Of a stretch of DNA of 64,000 nt, positions 1 to 13,137 are shown piece by piece (within the stretch, counting starts at the first letter, position 1; every line of letters starts with the position of its first letter). The notes beneath the pieces are model-generated. The model was not told the DNA's origin. It did no database searches and saw only the letters and a list, made by a program, of their open reading frames with translations. This DNA is from Eledone cirrhosa (Eukaryota). A program made the position numbers and the translations under genes. The stretch is taken from the NCBI GenBank assembly GCA_964016885.1, contig OZ024744.1, forward strand, positions 39,804,001-39,868,000, given 5' to 3'.

Positions 1-373
1 ATTGACCCCGAAAGGATAAAATATGAAGTTGACATTGTCAAGATTTAAATTCAGAATGTAAAGAGCTGGTACAAATGCCACAACTCTGTATATACATACC
101 CAAAGCTATCTGGATGTTGATAGTTATTATAATCGGTTTGTAAATCTTAATTTATCCTGTTAATTGAGTCTTGTGAACTGTATTATCTTTTGTCAGTATT
201 TGCTTCACCCTGGAGTTTTTGTCTCTTATGATTTGAATGCATATATATATATATCTGTGTTCATCTCTCCTTACAGTATTATAAGGCTCGGGAAAATGTT
301 TTCCTTGAGCTACTTTGATTATAAGGGACTAACGTGAGTTTTTAACTCAATATATTCTTTTGATATATATATA

Positions 374-1133
374 TTTAATGAAGGGTTAAAAATGAAATGT
401 TTAGATGGTTATATGTGGTTATTAGTTGATATGATAATAACAAAGTATAATAGGAATAGGTGTAATAACGAGAATATAAAGAATATAATGATTTGGTTAT
501 ATATAGTTTACTTCACGTGAATCAATTAAAAAGTACATATAAAACAGTTACCAAGAGTTGTTAACGTAGTTATTGTTTCTGATATGAGGCTGTTGAAGTC
601 TGTTGTTGTTGTTGGTGTGAAAACAGCGAGCGACAGTTAATTGTTGTTGTTGTTGGAATTTGGAGACCGTTGTAGTAGTTGTGAGACTGTAGTTAGTAAG
701 AGAGAGAGAGAGATGGTTTGTATATCTCTGAATGGTCTGTAATTAATTGTAGACCACTGTGGCTTGTACATGGTCTGTAGGAGTAGGGTTCCAATTGCTC
801 TGTGTGTATCTGTAGACCTCATGGGGTCTGTTGATAGTGGTGAATCCTTACATAGTTTGTTGTGTATCCTAGTGCTTTGATATCTCTGTGTCTGTAGACC
901 CTTGGGGTCTATTGATAGCAGTGAATCCTTACATAGCTTGTTCTGTAGTGGGGTGCTCTGATGTATACCTGTAGTGGGATGATAGCACAGGCTTTATATA
1001 CCTATCGCTTCGTGTCCCCCCACCTTGAGGGGACACTCAAACATATCAACCTGTCTGCACCAAAAGGGTGTTGACCCATAATTTAACCTTTAGGTATCAC
1101 CCAAAGTTCAAGGCACGGACAGATTTCGTTACA
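374..1133 (-). mobile_element. Solo LTR-like element, same family as 21245-21681
   Basis: Shared end ...GGACAGATTTCGTTACA, TATA box, two copies of the internal unit, (TA)n on both sides. Confidence 0.75.
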
Positions 1134-1216
1134 TATATATAACACATGCTGTATATTTATATATGTATTACATGCTATATGTTTATATACATATTTATAT
1201 ATATTTATATATATAT

Positions 1217-3820
1217 CATCATCATCGTTTAACGTCCATCTTCCAGGCTAGCATGGGTTAGACGACTTTGTTCCATTTGATGCGGGAATGGTTGGGAGTC
1301 CGTGTCTCACTTGTACAGAAGTGTCTCTGGCAGGTTTTTTTACAGCTGGATGCCCTTCCTAACACCAACCACAGTTACAGTGTGGACTGGGAGCCTTTTC
1401 CCCGAGTCTCCTACACGGCCACCTTACAGTGTGGACTGTTGTGTCATCGACACAGTGGACGGAATGGAAAAGGGAGGATGGGGTGGGGTGTACATTGGTT
1501 TAAGAGGTGCTTACTGACTGGAGGTTTGTATGCAAAGCAGTCTGATCTTCTGTACAACTGCATGGCACCAAAGATCTCAATCCAGTGTCATTGTCTTCAA
1601 GAGGTCAGTTTTTATCACCTCATCCCAGGATTTTCTTGGTCTACCCACTCCGTAGCTTCCATCAATTTTCATTGCCCTGCACTTTTTTATAGAGCTGAGA
1701 GCTGTCATCCTTCATACGCATCACATGTCCATACCAACGCAATCTCCTCTCCAGAACATAACATTTGATACCTCTTATGCTTAGTCTCCCTCTTAGTTTG
1801 TTTATGCTTCACCTTTCGCGCACATTACTATATCGTCATTCATATACATGCATCATACAATCTGCCTTTCACTTTTAGAGAAAAACCCCTTGTGGCCAAC
1901 AGCGGTATTAGCTCTCTGAACTTTTTTCATCCCGTTCTAACTCTAGTTACTGTACTTTCAGAGAACCTCCTCCACTGCTGACTTTGTCACCCAGGTAACG
2001 GAAGGTGTCTACTATTTCTATAGAACTATCTGGGCAGTTGAATGAGATATCATCCTGTGGGTCCTTGCTACTTACTGCACCTGAGCATCGGCCACATATA
2101 AAATTTACATTCTTAGATAGCTTACCTCTGATCCCACTATATCTTTTATGTACCCATAGTTTGCATTTGGGACATAGAATGGAATTTCTACCCATTCCTT
2201 TCCTATATACTGAGCATGGCCATTTCCCAGAGGGTACCTGTGCCCTATTCTCTTTGTACATATTAGAACTTTAGTCTTAGACAAGTTGATTCTAGGCCAT
2301 GCTTCCATATTTGGAACTTCTTTTCTAGTTCAGCCATAGATTCAGCTATGAGAGTTAGATCATATGCATATAGAAGTTCCATGGGCAGCCAGTCTTAAAG
2401 CCCTCTGTTATAGCCTGTCGGACAATAATAAACAGGAAGGGGTTAAGGATGGGGCCTTGGTGAAGACCTACTATTACGCTAAATTCATCACTATATTCAT
2501 TGTTAATTCTAACCTTGCTGACTGTTCCTCTATACGTGGCCTGTATAGCTCTCACAAGCCATTCACCCACTCCTAGTTTTCTAAGAGCCCACCAGATTAA
2601 GGTGCATGAGACTCTGTCAAAGGCCTTCTCCAGGTCAACAAAAGCTAAGTAGATGGGTTTACTGTTAGCTAGCTACTTCTGTAGTTGCCATACAAGGAAA
2701 AGAGCATCTGTGGTACTTTTACTTGGCACAAACCCAAACTGCATTTCATCTAGATAATTCAGTCCTGGGTGGCCATAGTGTCCTACCTTTCCAGATACCT
2801 TCAGCATTTCAGCAACTATCCCCAAAGGCCCAGCTGTCTTGCCTGTCTTCATATCTCTGATTGCCTTACTTACTACACTACCATCAACTTTCACAGCTGG
2901 TCCTTCTATTGGATCGATGTGGGGAAGACTTTATTCCATTCATTCTCCTCATTCAGTAGTCACTTGTAGTGACACTTCCAAGTTACCTTCTTATCACTAT
3001 CAGTGAGGGCAAGTATACCATATCATTATGGACACACGTCTCCCCAACAATATCACACTTCTCCTTGACACATTGCCTCGCAATCCTGAATATCTCACGT
3101 CTTTGGTCTTCCTGTTGTAGAATATGCTTGAACTTACTATCTTCTGCTTCCCTCTTTGCAAAGTACACTTGTTGTCCAGCTTCTCTCCTAGCTACCCGAT
3201 AGTGTTTTCTATTACCCTGTCCTGCCATTCTTTCCAAGCCTGCTTTTTGCCCTTGATGGACTCCTCCACCTTACTTTTCCACCACTATGTCACTCTCCTC
3301 TTGCCTAACTGTCTGTTCCAGCCACAGATTTCATCAGTCGCCATCTACAGGTTAACTTTCAGGAATTCCCACTGTTCCTCTATATTGTTTGTCTCTAATT
3401 GTTCTTCCTTACTATCAAAAGCATCAAGAAATATGCTTTTAAATTTGTTTCTGGCTGTGGGGTTGTTCAGCTTCCATAATCTTCTCCTTAAGGTATTCCT
3501 CTGTTGGCAAGTATGTCTGACCCTGACTATGAGGTCACTAACTATCAAGTTATGTTGGGAGGTGCATTCTTCTCGAGGGAGGGACTTAGTGTTCAAAACA
3601 GACACTTTGTCTCATTTCCTAGTAAGGATAAAGTCTATCTGGCTGGTGTGCTCTCCTGATCTAAATGTAATCCAATGACTGTCACGTTTTTTGAAGTTTG
3701 TGTTACAGATAGTCAGGTCATTTGCATCACAGAATTACAGGATCCTGACGCCTTCCTCATTTCTGGTACCAAAACCTTAACCTCCATGGACACCATGATA
3801 GCCATCACAATGTTGTCCAA
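1217..3820 (-). mobile_element. Degraded RTE LINE (late APE region to 3' tail)
   Basis: Fragmented ORFs 3345-3605, 2983-3237, 2673-2894, 2355-2570 and 1947-2261 are collinear with the RTE protein. (CAT)n tail on the + strand at 1217. Confidence 0.9.
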
Positions 3821-4259
3821 AGTAACTTTTTGTTATGTAAGAAGCTGTCTGATGAGATCATGGCAATAAGTATGCGGAATCGTGTGGCCACTGTCGTCAT
3901 TGAAATATGTATCACAGCCTTCAATAAAGGACTTTAACATCTGAAATTACTTAGCATTTTCTTATTCTATATATATTTATATATATATTTGTATATATTT
4001 TTATATACCATATTTCCTGGTGCCAAATACACTTCATCCTCGAGGACGCACCCTAATTATGACAACCAAAAATAAAAAATAAATAATAAACAATAAAAAA
4101 ACAACCTTCGGCCTCCAGGACACATGGTAGATTTTTCAGACTTATTTTAGGAAAAAAATAGCGTCTTCGACGCTGGGAAGTATTTTGGGGTTTCTTGGTG
4201 ACTTTGGACATCCTGCAAGACCAAAAAAAAAACCTGTTAAAGGGCAAAGGAGCTCTTAA

Positions 4260-4490
4260 GAGTCAATGGCCATCCAAAATCACTGAGAGAGATGACCCCT
4301 TAGCCTTTGTCAAGGCAGAATTCTAGGAGAAGGAAAACTCTGATATAACACTTGCAACCCTGATGGTATCCAATGATGTTGACTTGTTCTTCTTTTTGGT
4401 AAATATCATCTTGGTTAAGAGAGTGGGACTGGCTTTGTGCAGTGCCTTTGCTCACTATAAAAGCTTCACGGCACAGGCATTGCCTTATAT
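4260..4490 (+). repeat. Dispersed repeat, second copy at ~6130-6365
   Basis: Shared TAGCCTTTGTCA...CTAGGAGAAGG...CTCTGATATAA...GAGAGTGGGA...GCACAGGCATTG. Resembles RTE 5' UTR-derived sequence (inference). Confidence 0.55.
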
Positions 4491-4686
4491 CTGGAGATCT
4501 CTCTGCACTTGTCGTCACATGGTACATTGGGCCCAGCACTATGTGTCAATAATTGTCACAGGTGTAGTGTTTGTACCAGAGTTTTCAAGTCACTGGCTGG
4601 ACTAAAAAGTCACACTCGTTCAGCGCATCAGTAGGGGTTCTCCTACATGGATATATATTTATATTTATAAGTATATATGTATGTAT

Positions 4687-6020
4687 CATCATCATCACCG
4701 TTTTACGTCCGTTCTTCCACGCTAGCATGGGTTAGACGGGTTGTCCTGTTGTGAGCAGTGTCTAGTCGGCTGACCTTGTCTTGCTCATACAGGAACTGAT
4801 TCTGGCTTGATTTCTACAGCTGGATGCCCTTCCTAACACCAACCTCATTTACAGTGAGTGCTGGGTGCTTTTTTGCCGTAGCACCTCCATGACCACTTTG
4901 CAGTGGGAGGATGCGGGGGCATATTGTCTATATGCTTCAGCTTTGGCTTGTTCCTGGGGGCGGGGGGGGGGGGTCTTCTGTATTACTGCGTGATGCCAGA
5001 GGTCACGGTCCTGTTCTTGAGAAGTGCAATTGGGTAAGATTGGCCTTTATCACCTCATCCCAGGTCTTCTTGTGTCTCCCCACTCCGCGCCTTCCATCGT
5101 CTTCTAGTGCTCTGCACCGTTTTATGCAGCTGTCATCCTTCATATGCATCACATGTCCATACCAACGCAAGCGCCTTTCCTGCACACAGCATTTGATTCC
5201 TCTTATGCTCAGTCTCTCTCTCAATTCATTTATGTTTTGCCATTCGCATATATTTCTATTAAACATCCATCGGAGCATGCAGGCTTCGTTTCATTGCTGT
5301 TCGTATACACGCATCATACAGTCTGCCTTTCATTTTGAGGGAGAAGCCTTTTGCAGCTAGCAGTGGCAGTAGTTCCCTGAACTTCTTCCATCCCGTTCTT
5401 ACCCTAGTTATTGTACTTTCTGAACACCCACCTCCTCTGCTAATTCGGTCACCTAGGTAGCATAAGCTGTCTACTGTTTCTACAGAGCCCTCCCAGAGAT
5501 TGGTGGTACTTGTTTTCTGTGGCTGTCTGCGGCTTGCTGTCCCAGCACAGCTGCTACATGTGAAGCCTACATTCTTAATTAAGCTTCCTGAGATCCCGCT
5601 ACATCTCTTGTGTACCCATTGTTTGCATTTGGGGCAGAGAATGGAGTTCCTACCTACACCTTTCCTACATACTGAGCAAGGCCATTTCCCTGAGGGGATC
5701 TGGGTTCTGTTTTCTAGTCTACTTACAAGGACCTAAGTCTTTGTCAGGTTGACTTTGAGACCCTTTCTTTCTAGTCCCTGCTTCCAAGTTTGGAATTTCT
5801 TCTCTAGTTCTACCATAGATTCAGCTATAAGTGTGAGGTCATCTGCATACAGGAGTTCCCTTGGGCATCCGGTCTTAAACTCCTCCGTTATTGCCTGCAG
5901 GACTATGATGAACAGGAGAGAGCTAAGAACAGAGCTCTGGTGGACACCAACCTGTACGCTAAATTCCTCGCTATTCTCATTGCTAATCCTAACTTTGCTG
6001 ACTGCTCCCCTATACATGGC
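4687..6020 (-). mobile_element. 5'-truncated RTE LINE (subfamily of 38344-42365)
   Basis: GVHQSSVLSSLLF...[15 protein letters not shown], same 3' UTR and tail. Confidence 0.93.
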
Positions 6021-6763
6021 TTATATATGTGTATATATATACATGTGTATATATATGTATATATGAATATACATGTATGCATGTGTATATATGCGGGGAT
6101 TAAGAAATTATCTGGCTGGATACCCGATCGTCTGGTTACACCACTGGGAGCGAAGGACCCCTAGCCTTTGTCAGGGCTTTCTTCTAGGAGAAGGCAACTC
6201 AGGAAACTGGGATAACTCTGATATAAAACCTGCGGCTCAGTAGTTACCGATGATGTTGTTCTTTTCTTCTTTTCGGGTTATAGCTACTGTTGCTGAGAGA
6301 GTGGGATTGGCTCAGTGCACAGTCTTTCCTCACTTTAAAAAAATCTTCACGCGCAGGCATTGCACGATAGCATTAATTGATAATTATTAATAATGGTATA
6401 TCGTGCAATGGCCATACTCGATAACGAGGGGGAAGCCATCATATATGTATGTATATATATATATATATATAATATATAAGATCAAAAGATGGTTAAAAGA
6501 GTTCCATGTATTTTATTATGCGTATTTCAAAAACAAATATCATCATGCAATAATATTTGTGTTTTCATCAGATAAAATAGGAAGACATGATATGAAGGTT
6601 AAAAAACAGTTGTGAATAGTGCAATTTTAAATCAACATAATAAAATACATGGAACTCTTTTAACCATCTTTTCATCTTATATATTATGAATACTCCAGTC
6701 CTACAAACTGTAGAGTGCTTCTTATCTGCATTGCTTTATTGTACTACAATAAAACTCACCTCC

Positions 6764-6805
<42 letters not shown>

Positions 6806-6852
6806 CATATATATATGTATATACATATATATATATGTATATGTATATATTT

Positions 6853-7635
6853 CATTCATTCATTCATCATCATTTTACGTCCACTTTTCCCTGCTTGCAA
6901 GGGTGGGACGGGTTTTATTCAGCACAGCATCTCTCCACTCGTCACGGTCCTTCATCATCTCCACCGTGAGCTTCAACGATCTGAGGTCTGTTCTCACCAC
7001 CTCCGCCCATGTTTTTCGTGGTCTACCTCTACCATGTCTTCCTTCAACTGGCATTTCCTAGCACTTCTTCACCCATCGGTCATCCTCCATGCACATCACA
7101 TGTCCATACCACCTCAATCTCCTCTCCCGTACATTATATTCTATCCCTCTCAGACACAGTTTCTCTCTCAACACATTTATGCTCGGTCGTTCACGCACAT
7201 TTACACTGCACATCCAACAGAGCATGCTTGCCTCATTTCTCTCTAGCCATCGCATATTCTCTGCAGTTGCTGCCCATGTCTCACTACCATGCAGCATCGC
7301 CAACAACCGGCCTTTCGGACGCAGGGAGAAACCATTCTTCATCAGCAGAGGAAGCAGCTCCCTAAACTTCTTCCAACCCGTCCTTATTCTAGATACTATG
7401 CCAGTTCCTTTTCTGCATATCGAACATGGCCATTTCCCTGACGGAATCAGAGTTTTGTCCTCTTTTCTACTCATCAACACTTTTGTCTTAGCTAGGTTCA
7501 CTCTCAGTCCTCTTGATTCCAACTGCTGTTTCCATAGCCAGAATTTATTCTCTAGCTCCTCTACTGATTCTGCTAAAAGAACCAGATCGTCAGCATAGAG
7601 AAGTTCCCATGGACAGCCAGTCTTAAACTCCTCTG
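6853..7635 (-). mobile_element. 5'-truncated RTE LINE, short-3'-UTR subfamily
   Basis: RT C-terminus ([17 protein letters not shown]) runs straight into the tail CCCGTCCCACCCTTGCAAGCAGGGAAAAGTGGACGTAAAATGATGA. Internal deletions are present. Confidence 0.9.
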
Positions 7636-7681
7636 AATGTATATGTATATATGTATATGTATATATATATGTGTATATGTA

Positions 7682-7744
<63 letters not shown>

Positions 7745-8372
7745 GTATATATATATGAATATATATGTATATATATATGAATATATATGTATATATATAT
7801 GAATATATATGTATATATATATGAATATATATGTATGTATATGTATATATATATGTATGTATATGTATATATATATGTGTATATATTGTTATACTTGGGG
7901 AGGGTCATATTTGCGTAATATTGCCAGAATTAATAACAGAACACACTCACTGTTTGGTTGGTTTTCGCTTCTCGCTGTCTTTTATATCTGCGATCTAACT
8001 TACTCGGTCCTCAATGTTGCCATTGACTGACCGACGGTCAAAAATAATACAGATACAATATAGACACAAACACATATATATAGTTTACATAATTTACATA
8101 AATCTTTCGTTGCACATCTGCAACATCGTCAGTGGTGTTATATTCTTTGTTCCTCCTGTTGTGTTGTATGACTACGCCATTTTTTATTCAGTCTGTCTAT
8201 ATATTTATTTATTTATTTGCTTGTTTGTCTTATTTTATTTTGTCTTCTTTGCGCATATATTTCATATAAAAAACCTCGCTAAACTAATTCATCGCCGCTA
8301 TGTGTATATATATATGTATATATATATGTATATATATATGTATATATATATATGTGTATATATATATGTATA

Positions 8373-8717
8373 TCATCATTCATCATCATTTCATTTTACG
8401 TCCGCTTTTTCCCTGCTTGCAAGGGTGGAACGGGAACTGATGCTGGCTTGATTTCTACAGCTGGATGCCCTTCCTAACACCAACCTCATTTACAGCGAGT
8501 GCTGGCTGCTTTTTTGCCGTGGTACCTCCACGACCACTTTGCAGTGGAATGATAGGGACCTCAGTTCCTATCATCTCATTTCTACAGCTGAGTAAACTGG
8601 AGCAATGTGAAATAAAGTGTCTTGCTCAAGGAAACAACACATCGCCCGGTCTGAGAATTGAACTCACAACCTTTCGATTGCAAGGCCAATGTTCTAACCA
8701 CTAAGCCATGTGCCTCC
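8373..8717 (-). mobile_element. tRNA-derived SINE, same family as 31627-32020
   Basis: Near-identical head and core, one fewer internal repeat unit. Confidence 0.88.
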
Positions 8718-8720
8718 ATG

Positions 8721-8751
<31 letters not shown>

Positions 8752-9129
8752 GTATATATATATATGTATATATATATGTATATATATATATATGTATATG
8801 ACGGTGATGAATTTGTTGTGTGAGGTTTTTTATATGAAATCGTGTCGAAACAAATATTGTTATACTTGGGGAGGATCATATTGTTGTATTAATATTGCCA
8901 GAAATAATAACAGAACACACTCACTGTTTGGTTGTTTTTCGCTTCTGTATCTTTTATATCTCCATAGGTAATTTATTTGGTTCTCAATGTTTATCATTGA
9001 CTGACCAACGGTAAAAAATACAGGTATAATATAGATATATATAGTCTAACAAAGTTCTTTCGTTGCACATCTGCAATATCATCAGTGGTGCTATTATGTT
9101 CTTCCTGTTGTATTGTATGTCTACACCAT

Positions 9130-9165
<36 letters not shown>

Positions 9166-9170
9166 TATTG

Positions 9171-9238
9171 CCTTGTCTGATGAATGAATGCGGACGTTTC
9201 TTGTATTCGTCTTATTCGGGAAACCTCTGGTAATGAGG
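9171..9238 (+). ncRNA. Type I hammerhead ribozyme motif
   Basis: CCTTGT-CTGATGA-[stem II]-GAAA-CC(TCT)GG-TA-ATGAGG. Stem I pairs CCTTGT with ATGAGG using G-U pairs. Confidence 0.6.
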
Positions 9239-9257
9239 TAATTATACTGTATTGTTT

Positions 9258-10424
9258 CATCATCATCATCATCATCATACGTCCATCTTCCACGCTTGCA
9301 TGGGTTTGGACGGGAGTTTTCCCACTTGAGGCAAGATTTGTTGTCCTGCTCGTATAGTACTGTCTGCCGGGTTTTCTACGGCTGGATGCCCTTCCTAACA
9401 CCAACCACGTTTACAGTGTAGACTGGAAGGTTTTTACCGTGTTACCTACACGGCCACATTACAGCGTGGACTGTGTGTTTTTTTTTGTTGTGACACCTAC
9501 ACGACCTCATTTGTTTCGGACTGGATGTTGTGGTACCAACATAACTTCACATTTAAGGGGGTGGTGTGGATGGTGTGGGGGGTAGTGGGACGGGGGTCTA
9601 TTTTGTTAGAGGTGCCTAATGTCTGTAGGTTTCACTTTGTACTTAGGTAAGGCAGGTCTTCTCTATTACTGTGTAACGCCAAAGATCTCGGTCCAGTGAC
9701 ATTGTCTTGGAGAGGTGTAAGTGTGTGAGGTCAGAATTTATCAAGTCGTCCCAGGTTTTTCTGGGTCTGCCTACTCCGTGGCTACCGTCTATTTTTATCG
9801 CCCTGCACTTTTTTATACAGCTGTCGTCTTTCATGCGCATCACATGACTTACTCTCTCGAGTAAACAACATCTGATCCCTCTTATTCCTAATTTCTCTCT
9901 TAGTTCGTTTATGCTTTGCCATTCACGTATATTACTATTACACATCCAGCGGGGCATGCAAGCTTCGTTCCTCTCCAGTCAGCGCATATCCTCTGCACAC
10001 AATGCCCAGGTCTCACTGCCATGTAACATTGCTGTTCGTAAGCAGGCATCATACAGCCTGTCTTTCATTTTTAGAGAGAACCCTTTAGTGGCCAATAGTG
10101 GTATAAGCTCTCTGAACTTTTTCCATCCTGTTCTGACTCTAGCTACTGTACTTTCAGAGCACCCTCCCCCACTGCTGATTTTGTCACCCAGGTAACGGAA
10201 GGTGTCCACTATTTCTATAGAACCATTGTGCAATGGAATGAGCTAGTATTCTGTGGGCACTTGCTGCTACTTATTGCACCAAAGCACTGGCCACATACAA
10301 AATCTATATTCTTAGTTAGCTTACCTGTGATCCCACTACATCTTTTATGCACCCATACTTGGCATTTGGGACATAAAATGTAGTTTCTGCCTACTCCTTT
10401 CCTACACACTGAGCATGGCCATTG
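9258..10424 (-). mobile_element. 5'-truncated RTE LINE
   Basis: ORF fragments 10215-10481, 9979-10233 and 9643-9957, with a (CAT)n tail. Confidence 0.92.
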
Positions 10425-10640
10425 TTTTTTATACATTATATATATATAGTAATAATAATAAATTAGAAGACTAAAATCCAAAAAGGGCTCGATAAGGATA
10501 AATATATATCAAATATATAAGAACCGTAGAGCAAATATTTATTAAAATAGCAGATTGAAGTTTAAGCAAAGAATCGCTGCTTTCACCCTTAACGGGATCT
10601 TCTGAAACTAAGAAAGTCAATGAAGATTGACTTTGTTAGT

Positions 10641-10703
10641 TTATATGTATATATATATGTGTGTGTATATATATATATATGCACATATATATATGTGTGT
10701 ATA

Positions 10704-10752
<49 letters not shown>

Positions 10753-10871
10753 GTATATATATATTTGTATATATATATTTGTATATATATATATTTGTAT
10801 ATATATATATGTGTATATATATATGTGTATATATATATATGTATAAATATATATATGTGTATATATATATG

Positions 10872-10905
<34 letters not shown>

Positions 10906-10914
10906 TATGTATAT
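10641..10914. repeat. TA/TG microsatellite (representative)
   Basis: Similar tracts at 6765-6850, 7637-7887, 8300-8372, 8718-8800, 15435-15620, 23305-23550, 59880-60045 and 61220-61570. Confidence 0.95.
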
Positions 10915-11360
10915 AACGGAGGAGTTGTGGTAAGGAACCAGATGGACCATAAGGCACCAGAGTACTCAATACTTAGGATAGTAGAGTGGGTAATAGGAGA
11001 AAGTATGACCCCGACGGCAGAGCTCAAGCCATTTTGACGGCTATTTCTGGACTAAAGTAAGATTTTTTTTAGTTTGGTAAATATATAGCCGAACTTTTCA
11101 AGGGTACTTCCTTATATGGAAAGATTGTAGTTGTCAAGGGGATGGCTGAACTTGCCTGTAGAACGATAGGGGAGTGGGTAGAGGCGGAGGAAACATTACA
11201 AATGCTGTTTACGAAGGATCAACTCTTAAACAAAAAAGACGAACTGGTAACTGCATGCAAACACAGATTGCAGAAGACTTACCTCGTCCTCAAACCCCCT
11301 AACGATCCGGGTGGGTAGACCAGGGCTGAAACACCCCAATAATAATTTGTTTTCCCGTGT
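10915..11360 (+). mobile_element. Possible Penelope-like 3' remnant
   Basis: Encodes EETLQMLFTKDQLLNKKDELVTACKH, resembling the LNKRxELxxxCRH end of Penelope GIY-YIG ORFs. (TA)n flanks. Confidence 0.45.
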
Positions 11361-11372
11361 ATATATATATAT

Positions 11373-11785
11373 TGTTTCTGAATTTGTTAAGCAAGATTCT
11401 TTATCTGAAAACGTGTGTTGAAACCGATATTGTTATACTTTGGGAAGGTCATGTTGAACACACGCACCAGTTGCTTTCACCCGGATGTAACACATGCGCA
11501 AACTAAGCACACAACACACACAAAAACAAGATGGCGTAGGACAGAACAAAGGAGAGGCACAAAACAAAGAAAAGAATCCCCAGTCACTGAAGAGGTCACA
11601 GAATGTGTGACGAAAGAACTTTGACAATATATGAACAACCGTCCGGTTGTGGAACCAACCAACCAACCAACCGGAAATTTATAAATTCTTTTGAAAAAAT
11701 TAAAAAAAAATTTTTAATAAATTGGAGTGAAAGCAACTGGTGCATGTGTTTCTTATTGGCAACATGACCCTCCCAAAGTATAACA
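11373..11785. repeat. Unclassified repeat with TGTTATACTTTGGG...CCCAAAGTATAACA inverted ends
   Basis: ~26-bp inverted repeats at 11431 and 11785 with ATAT flanks. Related copies at 32023-32317, 7888-8297 and 8803-9130. Confidence 0.75.
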
Positions 11786-12287
11786 ATATATATATATATG
11801 TGAATATATATATGTTTGTATTTGAAAAAAAGGAAAAGAATGACTTCACTTGTAGTGTTAAAAAATTTCATGATTTAATGTTATAATATAATATTATAAT
11901 ATTCTACCAACTTATAATATTATATTACATTATAACATTTTTAACACTACAAGTGAAGTCATTCTTTTCCTCTTTTTCAAATATACCTAACTGTACCAAG
12001 GATCCCACATATTTTCCAATATATATATGTATATATATATATCTTTTCACTTCTTAATAATTTGTGTTTGAGACATGTTGGCTGAGAGCTTTTAACGGGA
12101 ACGAAAATATTTGTTTTCTATTCTCCCGCCACCATGTAAAGTATGTAAATCGGTGGCTGGTCAGTGGATGGAGTTGTATCAGATTCCAGTTGCTAATTAC
12201 TTTACTGTGTCCGCCATCACAAACAGTCATAGCCGGCATGGGCTGGGGTTTGGATTATGTCGATCGATTGCTTATAGATTAGGCGAT

Positions 12288-12399
12288 ACCCACTGATGAA
12301 GCCACATATGCCGATTATGCATTGTTGCATAATATATGCAGACAGATGGTGCAGAGCACCTTACTGCTGCATTAAGTGTGGCCGAAACTCGAGTCCGGG
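12288..12399 (+). ncRNA. Penelope-type hammerhead motif with extended stem II
   Basis: CCCA-CTGATGA-A-GCCACA...TGTGGC-C-GAAA-CTCGAG-TC-CGGG, with a palindromic minimal helix III. Confidence 0.65.
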
Positions 12400-12577
12400 A
12401 ACTATTATAGGCACCCGTTTTACATGTGTTGTATTGAAGCAAATAACTATGTGTATACTCTGGTAATGTATCTTACATTGCCTATTGAGTACGCTGAGAT
12501 ACAACCGGTCCTGGCATTGATAAATGTGCTGGATGTGTCAACTCCTTATTATAAATATATATATATATATATAAATT

Positions 12578-13113
12578 ATAGACGGTAGCCACGGAATAGG
12601 CAGACCCAGAAAAACCTGGGACGACTTGATAAATTCCGACCTCACACACTTACACCTCTCCAAGACAATGTCACTGGACCGAGATCTTTGGTGCTACACA
12701 GTAATACAGAAGACCCACCTTGCCTAAGTACAAAGCGAAACCTACAGTCAGTAGCCACCTCTAACAAAATAAATCCCCCCTCCCCGTCCCATTACCACCA
12801 CCCCTTTAAATGTGAAGTTATGTTGGTACCACAACATCCAGTCCGAAACAAATCAGGTCGTGTAGGTGTCACAACAAAAAAAAACACAGTCCACGCTGTA
12901 ATGTGGCCGTGTAGGTAACACGGTAAAAACCTCCCAGTCCACACTGTAAACGTGGTTGGTGTTAGGAAGGGCATCCAGCCGTAGAAAACCCGCCAGACAG
13001 TCCTATACGAGCAGGACAACAAATATTGCCTCAAGTGGGAAACCTCCCGTCCAAACCCATGCAAGCATGGAAGATAGACGTTAAACGATGATGATGATGA
13101 TGATGATGATGAT
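12578..13113 (+). mobile_element. RTE LINE 3' fragment
   Basis: GRPRKTWD-encoding end, 3' UTR and (GAT)n tail. Inverted homologue of 9258-9790. Confidence 0.9.
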
Positions 13114-13137
13114 ATATATATATATATATATATAAAT

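Noticed and set aside
10589-11037. YI/IY/HT-rich ORFs, also at 7573-8030, 15140-15675, 23243-23591, 59777-60152 and 61172-61588
   Set aside because: Translations of TA/CA microsatellites.
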